A stretch of 64,000 nt of DNA from Lytechinus pictus (taxonomy: Eukaryota), in contig NC_087251.1 in the NCBI RefSeq assembly GCF_037042905.1, positions 9,858,001-9,922,000 of the forward strand, in the 5' to 3' direction. Position 1 is the first letter of the stretch; each line of letters opens with the position of its first letter. The notes below the pieces were generated by a model. It made no database searches. It worked only from the letters and a program-made list of their open reading frames with translations, and was not told the DNA's origin. Made by a program: the position numbers and the translations under genes. Shown in pieces: positions 1 through 20,266 of this stretch.

Positions 1-13
1 CTCTTTCTTGTAG

Positions 14-7204
<7,191 letters not shown>

Positions 7205-10200
7205 GATGATCACTACATAGGATCACAACTTGCCTGGATCCCCCACCCCACCATGCCCCATCCCCACCCAGACTGCACAAATGATGCCAAGAAGTATACT
7301 CTCTTAGGACGTAGCTACTAAGATGATCCCTACATAGGATCACACCTTGCCTGGATCCCCCACCCCACCCAGACTGTAAGAATGATGCCAAGAAGTATAT
7401 TCTCTGAATGTAGCTATTAAGATGATCCCTACATAGGATCACACCTTGCCTGGATACCCCTGCCCCATCCCACCCAAACTGTAAGAATGATGCCAAGAAG
7501 TATACTCTCTTTGGATGCAGCTACTAAGGTGATCCCTGTACAGGATTACACCTTGCCTGAATCCCCCTACCCCCACCCTTATCCAGGCTGCAAAAATGCT
7601 GAGAAGTACACTCTCTGTAGACGTAGTTTCTTAGATGATCCCTGTAAAGGGTCACTCCCTAGCCCCCCCCCCATGTAGTCACCGAGACAAAATGCTGTCA
7701 GCATATTTTAGAAGGCTAACCATTACCATATGGTAACCACCCTATAATATTCCTTTATGTTACAATTTCATAAAAGAGTGCAATACTCATTTTCCACACA
7801 AATGCTTAGTTCTAATCAACTCCTACACAAAATAGAAGAGTGATAGTTTTTCAAATTTATTTGTAAAATTGTTGTTACGATATTTATATCCATTTCTATG
7901 TACTCATATGATTCATTCTTATTCTACTAAATTCCCTCCTTCCACCCTCTTCCTCATAAATGAAAAATACATTATTTCCTGAAGGGGATTGATATGTATG
8001 CTATATAACTGAGATTACCAACATGTAATGAACTAAGGTATGCACTGGTTAACCATGTACATGAATTGATTTAGTTTTTATTTCAGCATATTGGTTGTTT
8101 AAAGTGCCTCACAGCAAAGATTTCTATAATGAGTGTTCCATCTTCACATGATGATATGAACCAGACACATCTCCCCCCCCCCCCCTCTCTCTCTCTCTCT
8201 GCTCCATTATCTAACCGCATAGTTCTTACAATTTATTTCTTTGAAAAAAAGATATATGATACCATTTCAGCAGAGAGAAAAAATATATTGAACAATTTAT
8301 TTCAGGTATAACACATACAGGTATGTCGATAATATCAGACTTTCATGTATTTCATTGAAAAACGTTATTTATATATGATTCTCAAGTTTTCAAGACTTTT
8401 TCAAGAGTCATCTTTAACACTCACAGTGAGACCTTTTCCTTTTCAAAAGTTTCCTTTCTAAAAACGTTTTTATTTATGTTCATATTTTCTAGGAAAGAAC
8501 AAATTCTTTGCTCCTTAAACAAAACCTAATAATTAGATGAGCTAATCTAGTTGGTCATGATATACTGACAACAGTATATTATATGGTACAAACATCAATA
8601 CCTGCCCAATCTCTGCACAGCTCTGATGTATTATACAAGCATATAGATTTCAATGAAAATTAGTCTCTTGCTTCATCTATACTATACATAAAAGTTTCCA
8701 TTATATTACTACACTGAAGCAACATGAAGCAGTGGGGTCACAAATCTCATATCTCAAAAAAGGCAAATATTCAGGCGGTAAGTGAGAGAGAAATGACTGT
8801 TATCACATTATAACATTGCTTTTACTCAGTTTGCTTCATCGTCTTGGTCCTGTGCACAAAGCAATGGTGCTGTATTATAGAAGTTATACCACTAGTTACA
8901 TTGGTTATTATGTATATTAAAGTGTTCAAATCAACTTTATGATCAATCACTGAGCTTGATGTTACAGGCCTTTGATAGGAAGCTGTGATATGGACTGACA
9001 AATGTTTGTCTGATTTTTGAGAGACTAAATATCATGTTCAGTTGTTGATTGAAAATAAATTTTAACAGAATAACTACCCAAGTGTTATATGTATGAATCA
9101 AATCATGTGCTTAACGATTTTGCTGGGTTAGGGTTACTTGATCAATACTGATGATAACTGAATTTTTGTTTGACTAGAACTACATCAGTGTCACACAAAC
9201 AAATGATTTTCACTGAAATTTGATATACAAAGTTTTTATCACATTTCTGGTTATTCATCCTGCAGGTATATCATGGTAAAAAATGGTTCTAACCATATCT
9301 CTTTGTTTGAATGAGTCATATACATTTACTGTCATATGATGTGGTTTGTAATTCCCACTGTTTAAAAAAGTACTTTATAAAATCTAACATGATTGTATTC
9401 CAAATATTGCGTTTGGAGATTCCTAGTTTTGGGTAAGAAACTATTTATGAGAATACAATTGCTGCATTTGCTAGGGACAGGTTTTGAGATTTCAAAATCA
9501 ATAGCATGACATGGGATACAAGAGTTAAACATGATATTGATATATTTCAGGTCAAAAGTTCAATATATTTTCATTTTGAAATATACACATTCAAGTATAT
9601 TGCATTTACAAAAGGAACATTGTCAATGACTTAGAAATGTAGATCTATCAAAACTTAACCATTAAAACTTTTTGATATTTTAGCTGAAAATAAATCCAAT
9701 TTTGTATCCTTATCTCTATACGTTTCTCGTCATATTATTTGCATTTCATTCTTTTGTTAAATCAAGATTGTGTGAGTGACATTCTGATTGTATCAATCAT
9801 ATTATGGTGGATTGATAGATTTAATGATTGGCTAACTGACTTTGTAAAGTATTGATTGATTGATTGATTGATCAATTTTTTTATTTTTCTACAGTTGTTT
9901 ATTATGTGAGGTTGAGTGCATGTGTAGTTACTATTGATTAACTCTATATATCTCATTTTCATTTGATAAAGAATAAGTCAAGGTAGTAGATAAAATAACA
10001 AATTAAACAACTTCATGATATCACATTTATGTATCAGATCAATGAATATTCTCTGTAGGCCTACATATTAATGTCAGTTACAATAATTAATCCAACATTT
10101 CGGAACAAATTGTCACAATACACGTCAGTCTACAGTATCATATTTTTTGAAGGTACATTCTGGTTGTTTTGTACATGAAAGAATAATGCATTGAAAAATA

Positions 10201-10478
10201 CATGTATACAATTTGTGTAGAAATTATGAATACTTTTTTACTGAAAATTATCCAAACAAGGTTACTTTATAATGTACTTCTGGCAGAATGTTTGATGAAT
10301 GATGTAGATTTCAACCAATCCATAGTGTTTATATGTAGGAAACGCAAATGCTAAATACATGTGCATACATTACATGATTGTGTTTCCAACAAATTCAATA
10401 CGTCCGTCATCATATATCTCCATAGAAATAGATTCCCCACTTCTCCATCCGTCTGATTTTCTTCTTATTCTTTTGTCG

Positions 10479-13400
10479 TCATAATTCTTTGACAGCACCG
10501 AACGATTTTGAACGATCTTTAGGATGAATCAAAGGTTCTTGTTCATTTGGTTTGCCATCACTTGGTATCATTCCTGAGAATGTACTTGGACGGACTCTCA
10601 TTCTTGTCACATTCCCATTGGTTGTACGGAAGATGATGAGAGTAGGTATAAACATGATACCAGATTCTAATGTCAAAAGGAAGCAATGCCATTCTGTTGA
10701 AAAGAAAACATCAAAATAACGTTTAGTAAGGATTGCTGCAAAAAAAAATGATAATGATATTAGCCATTAAATCATAGTCCCCAGAGTTACGATGGATTCA
10801 AGTCAATCTCCCAACCCCTTTCATCATTACCTCATTTTCATTCTTTTTTTCTAGTATATATTCATTCTATTTGTTTTCATCTGTTAATTCTTCTTTTCTT
10901 TTCCCTCCCTTCGTTTTTCTTTTCTTCCTTTTTTTTTGTCTCGCCTGAATGAAGTTCGTCAGAGACCTAGAGATCACTTTTCCTGTTAGTCTCTTGGTCT
11001 CTTACAAAACTGTTTGTGAAACTTGCTATCATTAATTTCTTCATTTACAATGATACATTTGTTGAATGTTGACTTACGATATCCCCTGTCTGGTGTATTG
11101 AATGGTTTGTTGCACTGAACGACGTCGAATCGAGTAAGGATGACAAGGAGAACGGACTGGACGTTGCTGAGTATGAGAGCTGTTTGCACACAGAGAAACT
11201 TTATCCGTATTCTGTAAGGTTTCAGAAAGTTTTTACTCGCTGAGAAGAGCACGATTAGAGCTGAGACAGCAAAGATGGCGGACACGAGAGTAATGCAGTT
11301 TAATGTGAGCATGATGGTCGAGGCAGTGTCCTAAGAGATAAAGATAATCAAATCTTAAACCTCATGAATGCTATATATCATTATCATTATTACTTAACAT
11401 TGATAGGCATTAAATGATATTTCCCTTGGTTGGTTATCTGGAAATGCTTCTTGACTTATGTTTCATGGATAACAATATGTCGAAAAAGAATTTCCTTTTC
11501 TCCCCACCGATCTTCCCAAATGATTTATTTTTTTACCTTTGTGCTACAGGGTTCGATTCACATGTCAGGCTCTAGATGATAATTTGTGTCAGTCAAATAA
11601 ATCTTCTCTGCATTACCAGCTTGGCACAAAAAGTAAGCAACTTGACCACAAAGTTAGTCATCCCATGGAGCTAGATGGTCATACAATGAGATAAACTAAT
11701 ATTTACCGGGTTTTCATTGATCGAGCCATCTATGTTGAGTACCTCTGTGATGAACAGCAGAACGGGTCTAATGATAGCAGTCTGTAAAACACATGCCTCT
11801 AGTATGCGATAGTTTCTCCTTTATAATAAAGCAAACATATACCACGTCGATAATGGTTCAAGATGCCGCGACAGAAAATAATATGTAGTTTTTGTCTCAC
11901 CTGCATAGCAGAGTGAGACTATAGGCGCCGCTTTTCCGACGGCGGCGGCGTCAACACCAAATCTTAACCGAAGGTTAAGTTTTTGAAATGACAGCATAAC
12001 TTAGAAAGTATATGGACCTAGTTCATAAAACTTGGCCATGAGGTTAATCAAGTATTACTGGACATCTTGCCTGAGTTTTAGGTCACATGATCAAGGTCAA
12101 AGGTCATTTAGGGTCAATGAACTTAGACCATGTTGGGGGAATCAAAATCTTAACCTAATAAGGTAAATCATGAAGCTATTAATAGCTTCATGGGTAAATC
12201 AAGTATTACTTATCATCCTGCTTGAATTTCACGTCACATGACCAAGGTCAAATGTCATTTAGGGTCATAAACTTTGGCCAAATTGGGGGTATCTGTTGAA
12301 TTACCATAACTTTGAAAGTTTATGGATCTGATTCATAAAACTTGGACATAATAGTAATCAAGTATCACTGAACATCCTGTGCAAGTTTCAGGTCACATGA
12401 TTAAGGTCAACGGTCATTTAGGGTCAATGAACTTTGGCCAAATTGGGGGTATTTGTTGAATTACAGTCATAACTTTGAAAGTTTATTGGTCTAGTTCATA
12501 AAACGTGGACATAAGAGTAATCAATTATCACTGAACATCCTGTGCGCATTTCAGGTCACATGACCAAGGTCAAAGGTCAATGAACTTTGGCCATAATGGG
12601 GGTATCTGTTGAATTACCATCATAAATTCGAAAGTTTATGGATCTGATTCATGAAACTTAGACATAAGAGTAATCAAGTATCTTTAAACATCCTGTGCGA
12701 GTTTCAGGTCACATGACCAAGGTCAAAGGTCATTTAAGGTCAATGGACTTTGGCCGTTTTAGATATAATTATTAGATTGCTGTCATAACTTTCAAAGTTT
12801 ATAGATGTAGTGTATAAAATGTGGATATAGCTATGGGTAATCAAGTATCACTGACAATTAAGTTTTAGGTCACATGATCAAGGTCAAATGTCAATGAACG
12901 TAGTATTGTATCATTATATGAATGGTGTTTTTCGTGAATAATTATTTTATAGTAGTTTTCAAAGTCAGCACTGCTGATATGCAGGTGAGACCGCCAGAGG
13001 CATTCCACTTGTTCTGTGACGACATTATAAATGCCCAACTTTCGCAAAAGGAAGCAAGTGATGCATCAGTCAAATTTGAGTTATTGTTTTTGAAACACCC
13101 TTTTTATGTTGCACGTTCAGGCAAAATTGGGGGAAGAAATGATCGTCCTATGGAAAGATATTGAAAAAAATATGCTGTTAAATTGCATTGAAGCCTATGT
13201 ACATGTAAATGTACATACATTGTTCATTTACAACAAATGATACTTTTCTAGCTTGTTTCTTGTTTTAAGCGCTTTTGCCAATTTAGGAAAAGCCCGGCAT
13301 ACCAATAATGATAATAATAACAATAAATGGATACATATTTCTTTTGAACGTTTTTGTGTATTTTTTTAACGCAAAATTGTTTTAGCAAGTTAAATAAGTC

Positions 13401-16400
13401 GACTTGGATCTATTTGTTCTTTTTAGTGATTTTTGTTCTTAAACTGGTCATTATTACTTTTTTTTATAAAATGATCATCATGCAAAGAGTTATCCTCAAG
13501 ATATTCTCATACGTCCATATGCGACTAGTTAAATGGGAATAATTTGTTGAACGGTTATAAGTGGTACTCAATTTAAGACATTGTAATTGAAGTTTGAAAC
13601 CAGACAAGATCAAAGGTTCACTATGATTTCCAAACAGAGCATACGAAAGATAACTGACACAATGTTGTTTTCATAAAAACTTATTCAGGGCCCGTGATAT
13701 ATAAAGCTTATTTCTACGAGGATTTTTTATTGATTATGTGATCAATCCAAGGAAGCTCCTTGATAGCCGTAATTTTATGCAGATTTTTTTTCCTAGAGGT
13801 GGGGGGCAAGACGTGTTAATTTTTTAAGAAACTCTAAAGCGAGGGAGCGAAGCGACCGAGCTTGTCATGGGGCATTTTGCATTTCCTTAAAGGGATGGTC
13901 CAGGCTGAAAATATTTATATCTAAATAAATAGAGTAAATTTCATCAAAATCGGATAACAAACAACGAAGTTATTGAATTGTAAAGTTTATCAATATTTTG
14001 TGAAAACAGTTATATGCACATCGTCGTGAATATTCATTTGGTTGGCTGATGAATGTCATATCCTCACTTTCCTGTTTCTTACGTTACTACATGCAATTAT
14101 AATTGTTTCATTTTTTATAATGTGTAAATGATGTGTCTCCATTATGATAAAATACGTTGCGGCAATAAATAACTAATGCACTTAATCAGTTGTCAATCCA
14201 ATTGTTTTAGTTCTTGGTAGAAATGTTTGAATAAAACTTATTTCATATAATAGAATACAAAAGAACAAGTGGGGATGTGACATCATCGGCCCACCTAATG
14301 AATATTCAGTCCACCCCCCCCCCCCCTTAGAGCACGGCCATAAATCTGCCCATGATTAATCAAACTTTATGTTACAGTGCCAAGGTGGTGATACACACAT
14401 TTCTATATGAAAAAATGTGACCGAAGGTTGACATATAATATTTCATGAGACATCGTAAAGGTAAATTCTAACCTGGTCATTTTGAGTTTTGGTAAGCATT
14501 GAAACAAACACATGAGTGGTGGTCTAGCGATCGAGAACTTAGTCCCATCCATCCTAGTGATCATTGCATCAAGACCTCCGAAATAGTCAACGATCAATGT
14601 GATGAACTCGTATAGACAGACAGCGAAAAAACTAGGGGAATAGAAATGGAAATCATTCAGAAATATCTTAAAATACCATTTCAACTTATTACAGTGTTTA
14701 AATCAGTACGGCTCCGGTGATTATTTTTTCTTAAATAGTACACCTAAGTCTTCTGTGATTTGTAAATTATTTTGAAGTAGATTAATCATAGTTTTATTCT
14801 TTTATAATTGTAACATGATTTTCGTTTTCTTGGTTAGAGAACTGATTATTCTAGAATCAGAGTATCTCCGCCATTCGAATCAAGATATTGACTTGCTCGT
14901 TAGACCTAATCTTTGGTCAAGTAGTGCTAAGAAATCAAATGAATTACCATCAGCATTTCTCCCTTTATCTGAAGATTAAATATTAATATATATATTTTTT
15001 TCAATTCATAGATAAACATGACTTCTGCCCTTGATATAGGATGTGTTTGTCTTACAACTAGTTTCTTATCTTAGTGTTTGTATTATAGTTACTGAACTTC
15101 TGAAGATCAGTGATCAAAGTTGTTATCAATCAAAGGGAAAAGTAGCTAGTTCCCGTTCATATTTCAAATACGAAATATACATAGCAGAGAGGTTTATCTT
15201 TATTAGATTATCGGTTAAAAAAAAGCTCACGCTGTTCCAGTGAGAGTACATAATCCAGCAGCCCTTGGAATGTAGAGACCAAGTAGACATGTTGCACAAA
15301 ATACCTGGAATATGATCAAACATATAACATTTCATAAACTTCTTTGAAGATGTAAGAATAAATGCAAACTTCGATTTTTTTTCTTACGGTTTCTCCACAT
15401 TGCTTACATCATGAAACATAGAAAATGGTAATATAGAAGTATTAGTGTTGGTTAATGTAGTCGTNNNNNNNNNNNNNNNNNNNNNNNNNNNNNNNNNNNN
15501 NNNNNNNNNNNNNNNNNNNNNNNNNNNNNNNNNNNNNNNNNNNNNNNNNNNNNNNNNNNNNNNNNNNNNNNNNNNNNNNNNNNNNNNNNNNNNNNNNNNN
15601 NNNNNNNNNNNNNNNNNNNNNTGTTCAATATACAAGTGCCATATAAATATCACTATGAAAATCGAACAGATAAACTGTACAGTTCTTCGATGTCAAAATG
15701 TCCATGATTTCTATGCCTAAAGCAAATTGACATTAAAAATTTACACTCTGACGGACCGTTCAGACTTCGGTAGGTTTGTACTTTGAATAATGAGATGGAC
15801 AATTAATTAGAATAACGAAGAGGAGAATTGTCCATTACATAAAGCTGTTGATAAGATACCAGTTTATTTCATTTGAGATAATTCTATGTACAGATCGAAA
15901 CTTTATGAATGTCAAATATCATTTATCAAGGTTTTCATTTGTTAGAAGGAGGGGTAGTGGTAAAATGAGTATAAGATATAAAATATTTCACAAATCTGTC
16001 AAAACCGAATGTTCGTTGATTTTGGTAAAGTATTTGTATTTTATTATTTTTCAAATAATTTATTTCCCTTTGTGGGGTGGTCTTATTATACTGCTGTACT
16101 GGCATATACATGGGGGCTTAGGGAGCCATGGCCCCTTCATAGGTTTCGCGACCGTGAAAAAAAAAAGGAGAAGAGGAAAGAGAAGAAAAGGAAAACCGGA
16201 ATATGTATTATTTTCTTAATATTATTTCAAAATCTGTCATAAAATTACATTTGCATTTTGAGAAAGTAAACATATTTGCGCGATCTGAAATTTTTCGGAT
16301 ATTTTGTCGCGTACAGACGCCATGTTCCGCCCCCTCAATTTTCGGGCTCATTACGCCACTGCACCGTTGAATATACATACCGGATATATACCAATGATCC

Positions 16401-17282
16401 AAACAATAGATGTTCGTCGATCACTGTAGGGTATATGTTGTAGCACCCACATCCAAGCTTCAAAGAATAATATAGCTTCTATCAAGGTGATGAGAGTACA
16501 CGTTATCAAGATTGGTAGCATCTTAGGATTCTCCTCCAGGAGATCTTGAAATTGAAATGAGAGAGAAAAAATAATAATTGAAAATCAAATATAGAACTAT
16601 AATGACAATAATCCTAATAATGGTAATGATAATAATTATTATATAATTAAATCATTGAACAAAGAATAACAATACACGGATTCTCGGTGCCTATGTAGTA
16701 AAGTTACTGTTTTTCAGAATAATTTCAATTTCGATGAAAAGATCAATGAAAATCCATAAAATTGTTCAATTGCCCTACGAATTTAAATATGATATGAATT
16801 GCGTAGGCCTACATAACAAAAACATTTATCCATAAACTGATGGCATAAAAGGCAAGATTAGATAACAACATTTTTGTACAGATCACGTTGTTTTACTAGG
16901 ATAAGCTTAATATTCTGAATATTAGACTGATATTGTTTCACATCAAACAAATATGATTCGGCTATGAAATGAGGTTATTTGAAATAAAAATCTTATTGAA
17001 CTTGAAAATGATCCAGCGAGGGAATAACCATTAAAATCACCAAGCATTCAAACCAAATATCATTCTAAGATTATGGTTGCTGATCTGAAGAGAAGATCCG
17101 ATGAAAGATAGACATGTCTCAAGAATCATTTTTCCCTTTATGTTCAGGCTATTCCTTTAAAAGAAACAATATCAGATAAATAATATCCATAAATCCTTAT
17201 GTCGAATTGGTAAAAATTAATAGATAATCATACTATCCAGCATTTCTTTCGCAAGCGGTGTATAGGAGCAATTGTCGGCCAT
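10479..17282 (-). CDS. SLC51A: Organic solute transporter alpha-like (SLC51A/TMEM184 family), 341 aa, complete
   Basis: Exons 17282-17234, 16544-16381, 15304-15231, 14631-14473, 11818-11707, 11330-11078, 10693-10479 total 1026 nt in frame. Sequence: MADNCSYTP..., WIIGIYPVFCATCLLGLYIPRAA, LIVDYFGG, PPLMCLFQCLP, CVLQTAIIRP, KFLCVQTALIL, multiple hydrophobic segments. Orthology versus paralogy is not resolved. Confidence 0.88.
11890..13012 (+). mobile_element. Non-autonomous Helentron/DINE-like element with an internal ~157-bp satellite (6 units)
   Basis: Subterminal inverted repeat GTCTCACCTGCATA (11894-11907) / TATGCAGGTGAGAC (12978-12991), GGC microsatellite near the 5' end, T-rich insertion site. 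Unit anchors at 12094, 12245, 12404, 12567, 12720, 12881. Confidence 0.75.
13891..14308. mobile_element. Truncated Kolobok-like MITE
   Basis: TTAA|AGGGATGGTCCAGGCTGAAAATATTT start. Shares AAATTTCATCAAAATCGGAT with the 25766 element and its terminus with the 54344 copy. Confidence 0.6.
15465..15621. other. Assembly gap (N run)
   Basis: Run of n in an OST-alpha intron. No coding exon appears to be missing. Confidence 1.
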
Positions 17283-17675
17283 GATGTGGTCATGAATCTC
17301 ACTCGGTCAATAGATCATATTAATTAATCCTGGAAATCCAATATAAATGCCACTGATAGTTCAAGACTCCGGTTGTATGCGTGCAAACGTTAATGCAAAT
17401 CGGAGATCAATAATCCCTTAACATGATGATGAGTTGAATTTTTAACATTTCATGGAAGGAACAGTGTTGTGAAGAGCCTATATTCGAAGACCACTTTACT
17501 AGTGAAGTTCGAAAATGCACTTTGGCATTTGCTTGTTGTAGGTATGCATGTGTTGACTTAATAGGACTCGACAGGACTGAAAAATACTGTGTTTGTAAAA
17601 GAACTTCTATATATTTATTTAACAGATTCAGATCAGAAGTGGGTCAACGGAGAGGAAGTCCTTTACATACATGCA

Positions 17676-17831
17676 GGGACCCATTCCATAAAGAGTTCAA
17701 CTGCTGTAACTTTCCCATTATGGCAATCACTATGGTAACAGGGCTCAGGAGCCAATTAGAATCAAGATTTCTTGGGAATTCACGACGATTGCAAAATTAC
17801 AATAATAACTTTTTTTATATAAAACAGGACC
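17676..17831. mobile_element. Degenerate short MITE
   Basis: Imperfect inverted ends GGACCCATTCCATAAAGAGTT / AACTTTTTTATATAAAACAGGACC, similar in layout to the 5070 and 40868 elements. Confidence 0.4.
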
Positions 17832-18647
17832 CTTTGTCTTTTTTTACAAGATCATTCCAGTCGGCGGTAGCGATGTCTGGACTAAGTGCAAACGTTTTCA
17901 AACTATTGTGACATAAAACATGAAAGTGAAAGTTGAATTCGTATTTCATCAGACACTATAGTTTTCCCCATATAACTACACTCCTTCTCAATTTGGTTGA
18001 TCCTACCAGAATACACTCCTATAACACCAGGATAACAACATCGTCGAGGACGTGTTAATGAGTATACAAGTGATGTAATAGTTGGAACTTGTCCTGTGTC
18101 TTTATCACCACCGCAAAGCTAAAGCTCAATAGATTAATAAATAAACTAATTAATCGAAAACTAGACTTAATTGGCCATGTTATTAGACTTTGAACGATTC
18201 CCTATTGCACTTAAAAACGTCCCAGACAATTAAGCTTCCGAAAAAATAATGATGCACAACGAAAACCCACATCCATCGGGTCATTTCATTACAAATAATT
18301 GTTTTGTTGCGTACATGATCGAAATGTCTGCGTTCACTGTAATTATTAAAACTATCATTGATCATAATGCAAAGGTTATTGTACTTAGAAATTCATTCTG
18401 CCCAATCTTTGACTAAACATTTTGAAGGTTATCGACAGAGCTGATATTTTTATAAATGACATTCGCATACATTAATCAATCATTGTCATTTTGGAAATCA
18501 ATGGTTAGGTACATGGCATGAACGATTTGTAATGAAAACATAACCTTTTGGCTCATAATGCGAAAAGAAAACTGAAATATTCTTAGTTAGTTTATATTTG
18601 CGGCTTTCACGTTCTGAAATTGGTTTACTGGTAAATGCTGTAATGCA

Positions 18648-18952
18648 CAGGGGTTCATCTAGCCTTTTTTCCATGGACGGGGTTTGACCGAGAAATTTGA
18701 CAAGCAAGCAAGCAAAAAAAAAAAAAAAAAAAAAGCTTCTCTACAGAATGTTAGTTGTTTTGGTGCAGAGACATTAAATTTGACAAGCAAAAAAAATACC
18801 AAATGAGCAAATGAAGGTCATTTTGGTAACTAGAATTTTAATTTGGGATTGGCTCCAAAATGTATGTCATTGCTTTTTTTTTAACTTGGGAGCCCAAGGG
18901 GGTGGGGTTAAACCCGGTCCTACCCCCCCCCCCCCCCGTAGATCCGCCACTG
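18648..18952. mobile_element. hAT-like MITE (CAG(T/G)GGCGGATC family)
   Basis: Ends CAGGGGTTCATCTA / TAGATCCGCCACTG. Internal AAATTTGACAAGCAAAAA is shared with the 21949 element. Confidence 0.6.
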
Positions 18953-20039
18953 ATGCATTGTAGAGTGCTTCATTTCGAATAATAATAATAATAATTGGAT
19001 TTATATAGTGTTTTTTCCAGAGTATGCAAAGCGATGTGAATCTGGATTGAACGGAGCATTGCGATTCATATTTATGCATGTTTAACCCAAATATAAATTT
19101 TCTGAATCTAGGTTAATTGGGCTCGCAAATTGTAATGAAAAAGACCCAATGTAGGTGTATATTTGTGATTGAATGAAAACGGCTTTGGGTGATGTCTATA
19201 AGCGCCTATAGTATACTCCTTTTAAGTGTCTAATCACTGGATTCATACCAATAAAATTGCCTTTATGATCTTTATTAATATTATCAATACGTTAACTTTA
19301 TCATTATCATTGTTACCGCTATCTTTATCATTTTTATTTTTCACCATTTATCCTGATGATGACTTTGTTATTGTTATTATTTTACTATCATAATTCAAGG
19401 CTGGCGCTACGGGGGGCAGGGGTGATCGCTCCGAGGATTTAGTAGTGAAAACAAATGGGAGAGGAGGGTGGGGGAGATTAAGAAGTGTATCTATATTATC
19501 CGTGTTATTCAATTGAGAAAAAAATGAATTCAAATTTAAGTCGTCTTTGCCTCCCCCATAACAAAATCCCCTGATGTCGCCCCTGCCATTACTGTAATCG
19601 TCGTCATCGTCAATTTTGACCGACGTGTTAACATCACAGTCGCGGGATAAGGGTGATAAGCTTGGTAGCTCTTCGATGCACACTCTCTAGCCGTTTCTGA
19701 TCACCTATTCTAAAAGGTGACCAAACTGAATGGACATATTCTAATAATTAGACCCTTAAACAGAAGCTTCACTCTCGGGCTTCACTGTATCTTCATCCAA
19801 ATTTACAAAAGACCCCTCATTAAACCTGATATAGGCCTATATCTATACTTTAATGCCCGCTTTAATCATTGGGGTCTACTTCAAAAGTTTTGATCCTGCC
19901 TTTCAAACAAAATATATTGTATGATGCTTGTCACGTTGAACTCTGTTTCATTATGTATTGGCTTTTCTCTCTTGAGGACGATAATAGATTTGGGGGCTGA
20001 CCCCATGCTCTATGGACCAAGCAACGTATAAACATTCTA

Positions 20040-20208
20040 CCTAGCAACTCCTATTCATCACACCCCTAACTCGGTGACCGCTATATGCACGCATTCTGTG
20101 TATGCGACGTCTTTCATGTGTGTGTATTCCGTTTACTACTATATTTAGTACTTCCAATGCACCTGTTTCATGCTGATAATTGATTGCGATTGTGTAGTTA
20201 CCGGGTAC
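20040..20208 (+). promoter_or_regulatory. Putative RFX X-box-like sites upstream of the ankyrin gene
   Basis: CCTAGCAAC at 20040-20048 and GTTACCGGGTAC at 20197-20208, within 230 bp of ATG 20267. Motif match only. Confidence 0.35.
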
Positions 20209-20266
20209 TTCTGGGAAAGTTTGGGAAACCTTTTATTTTCCTTCATGTATTCGGAAGAAGATCATC

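Noticed and set aside
15384-15720. ORFs spanning N runs (also 53823-54378)
   Set aside because: Open only because of assembly gaps.
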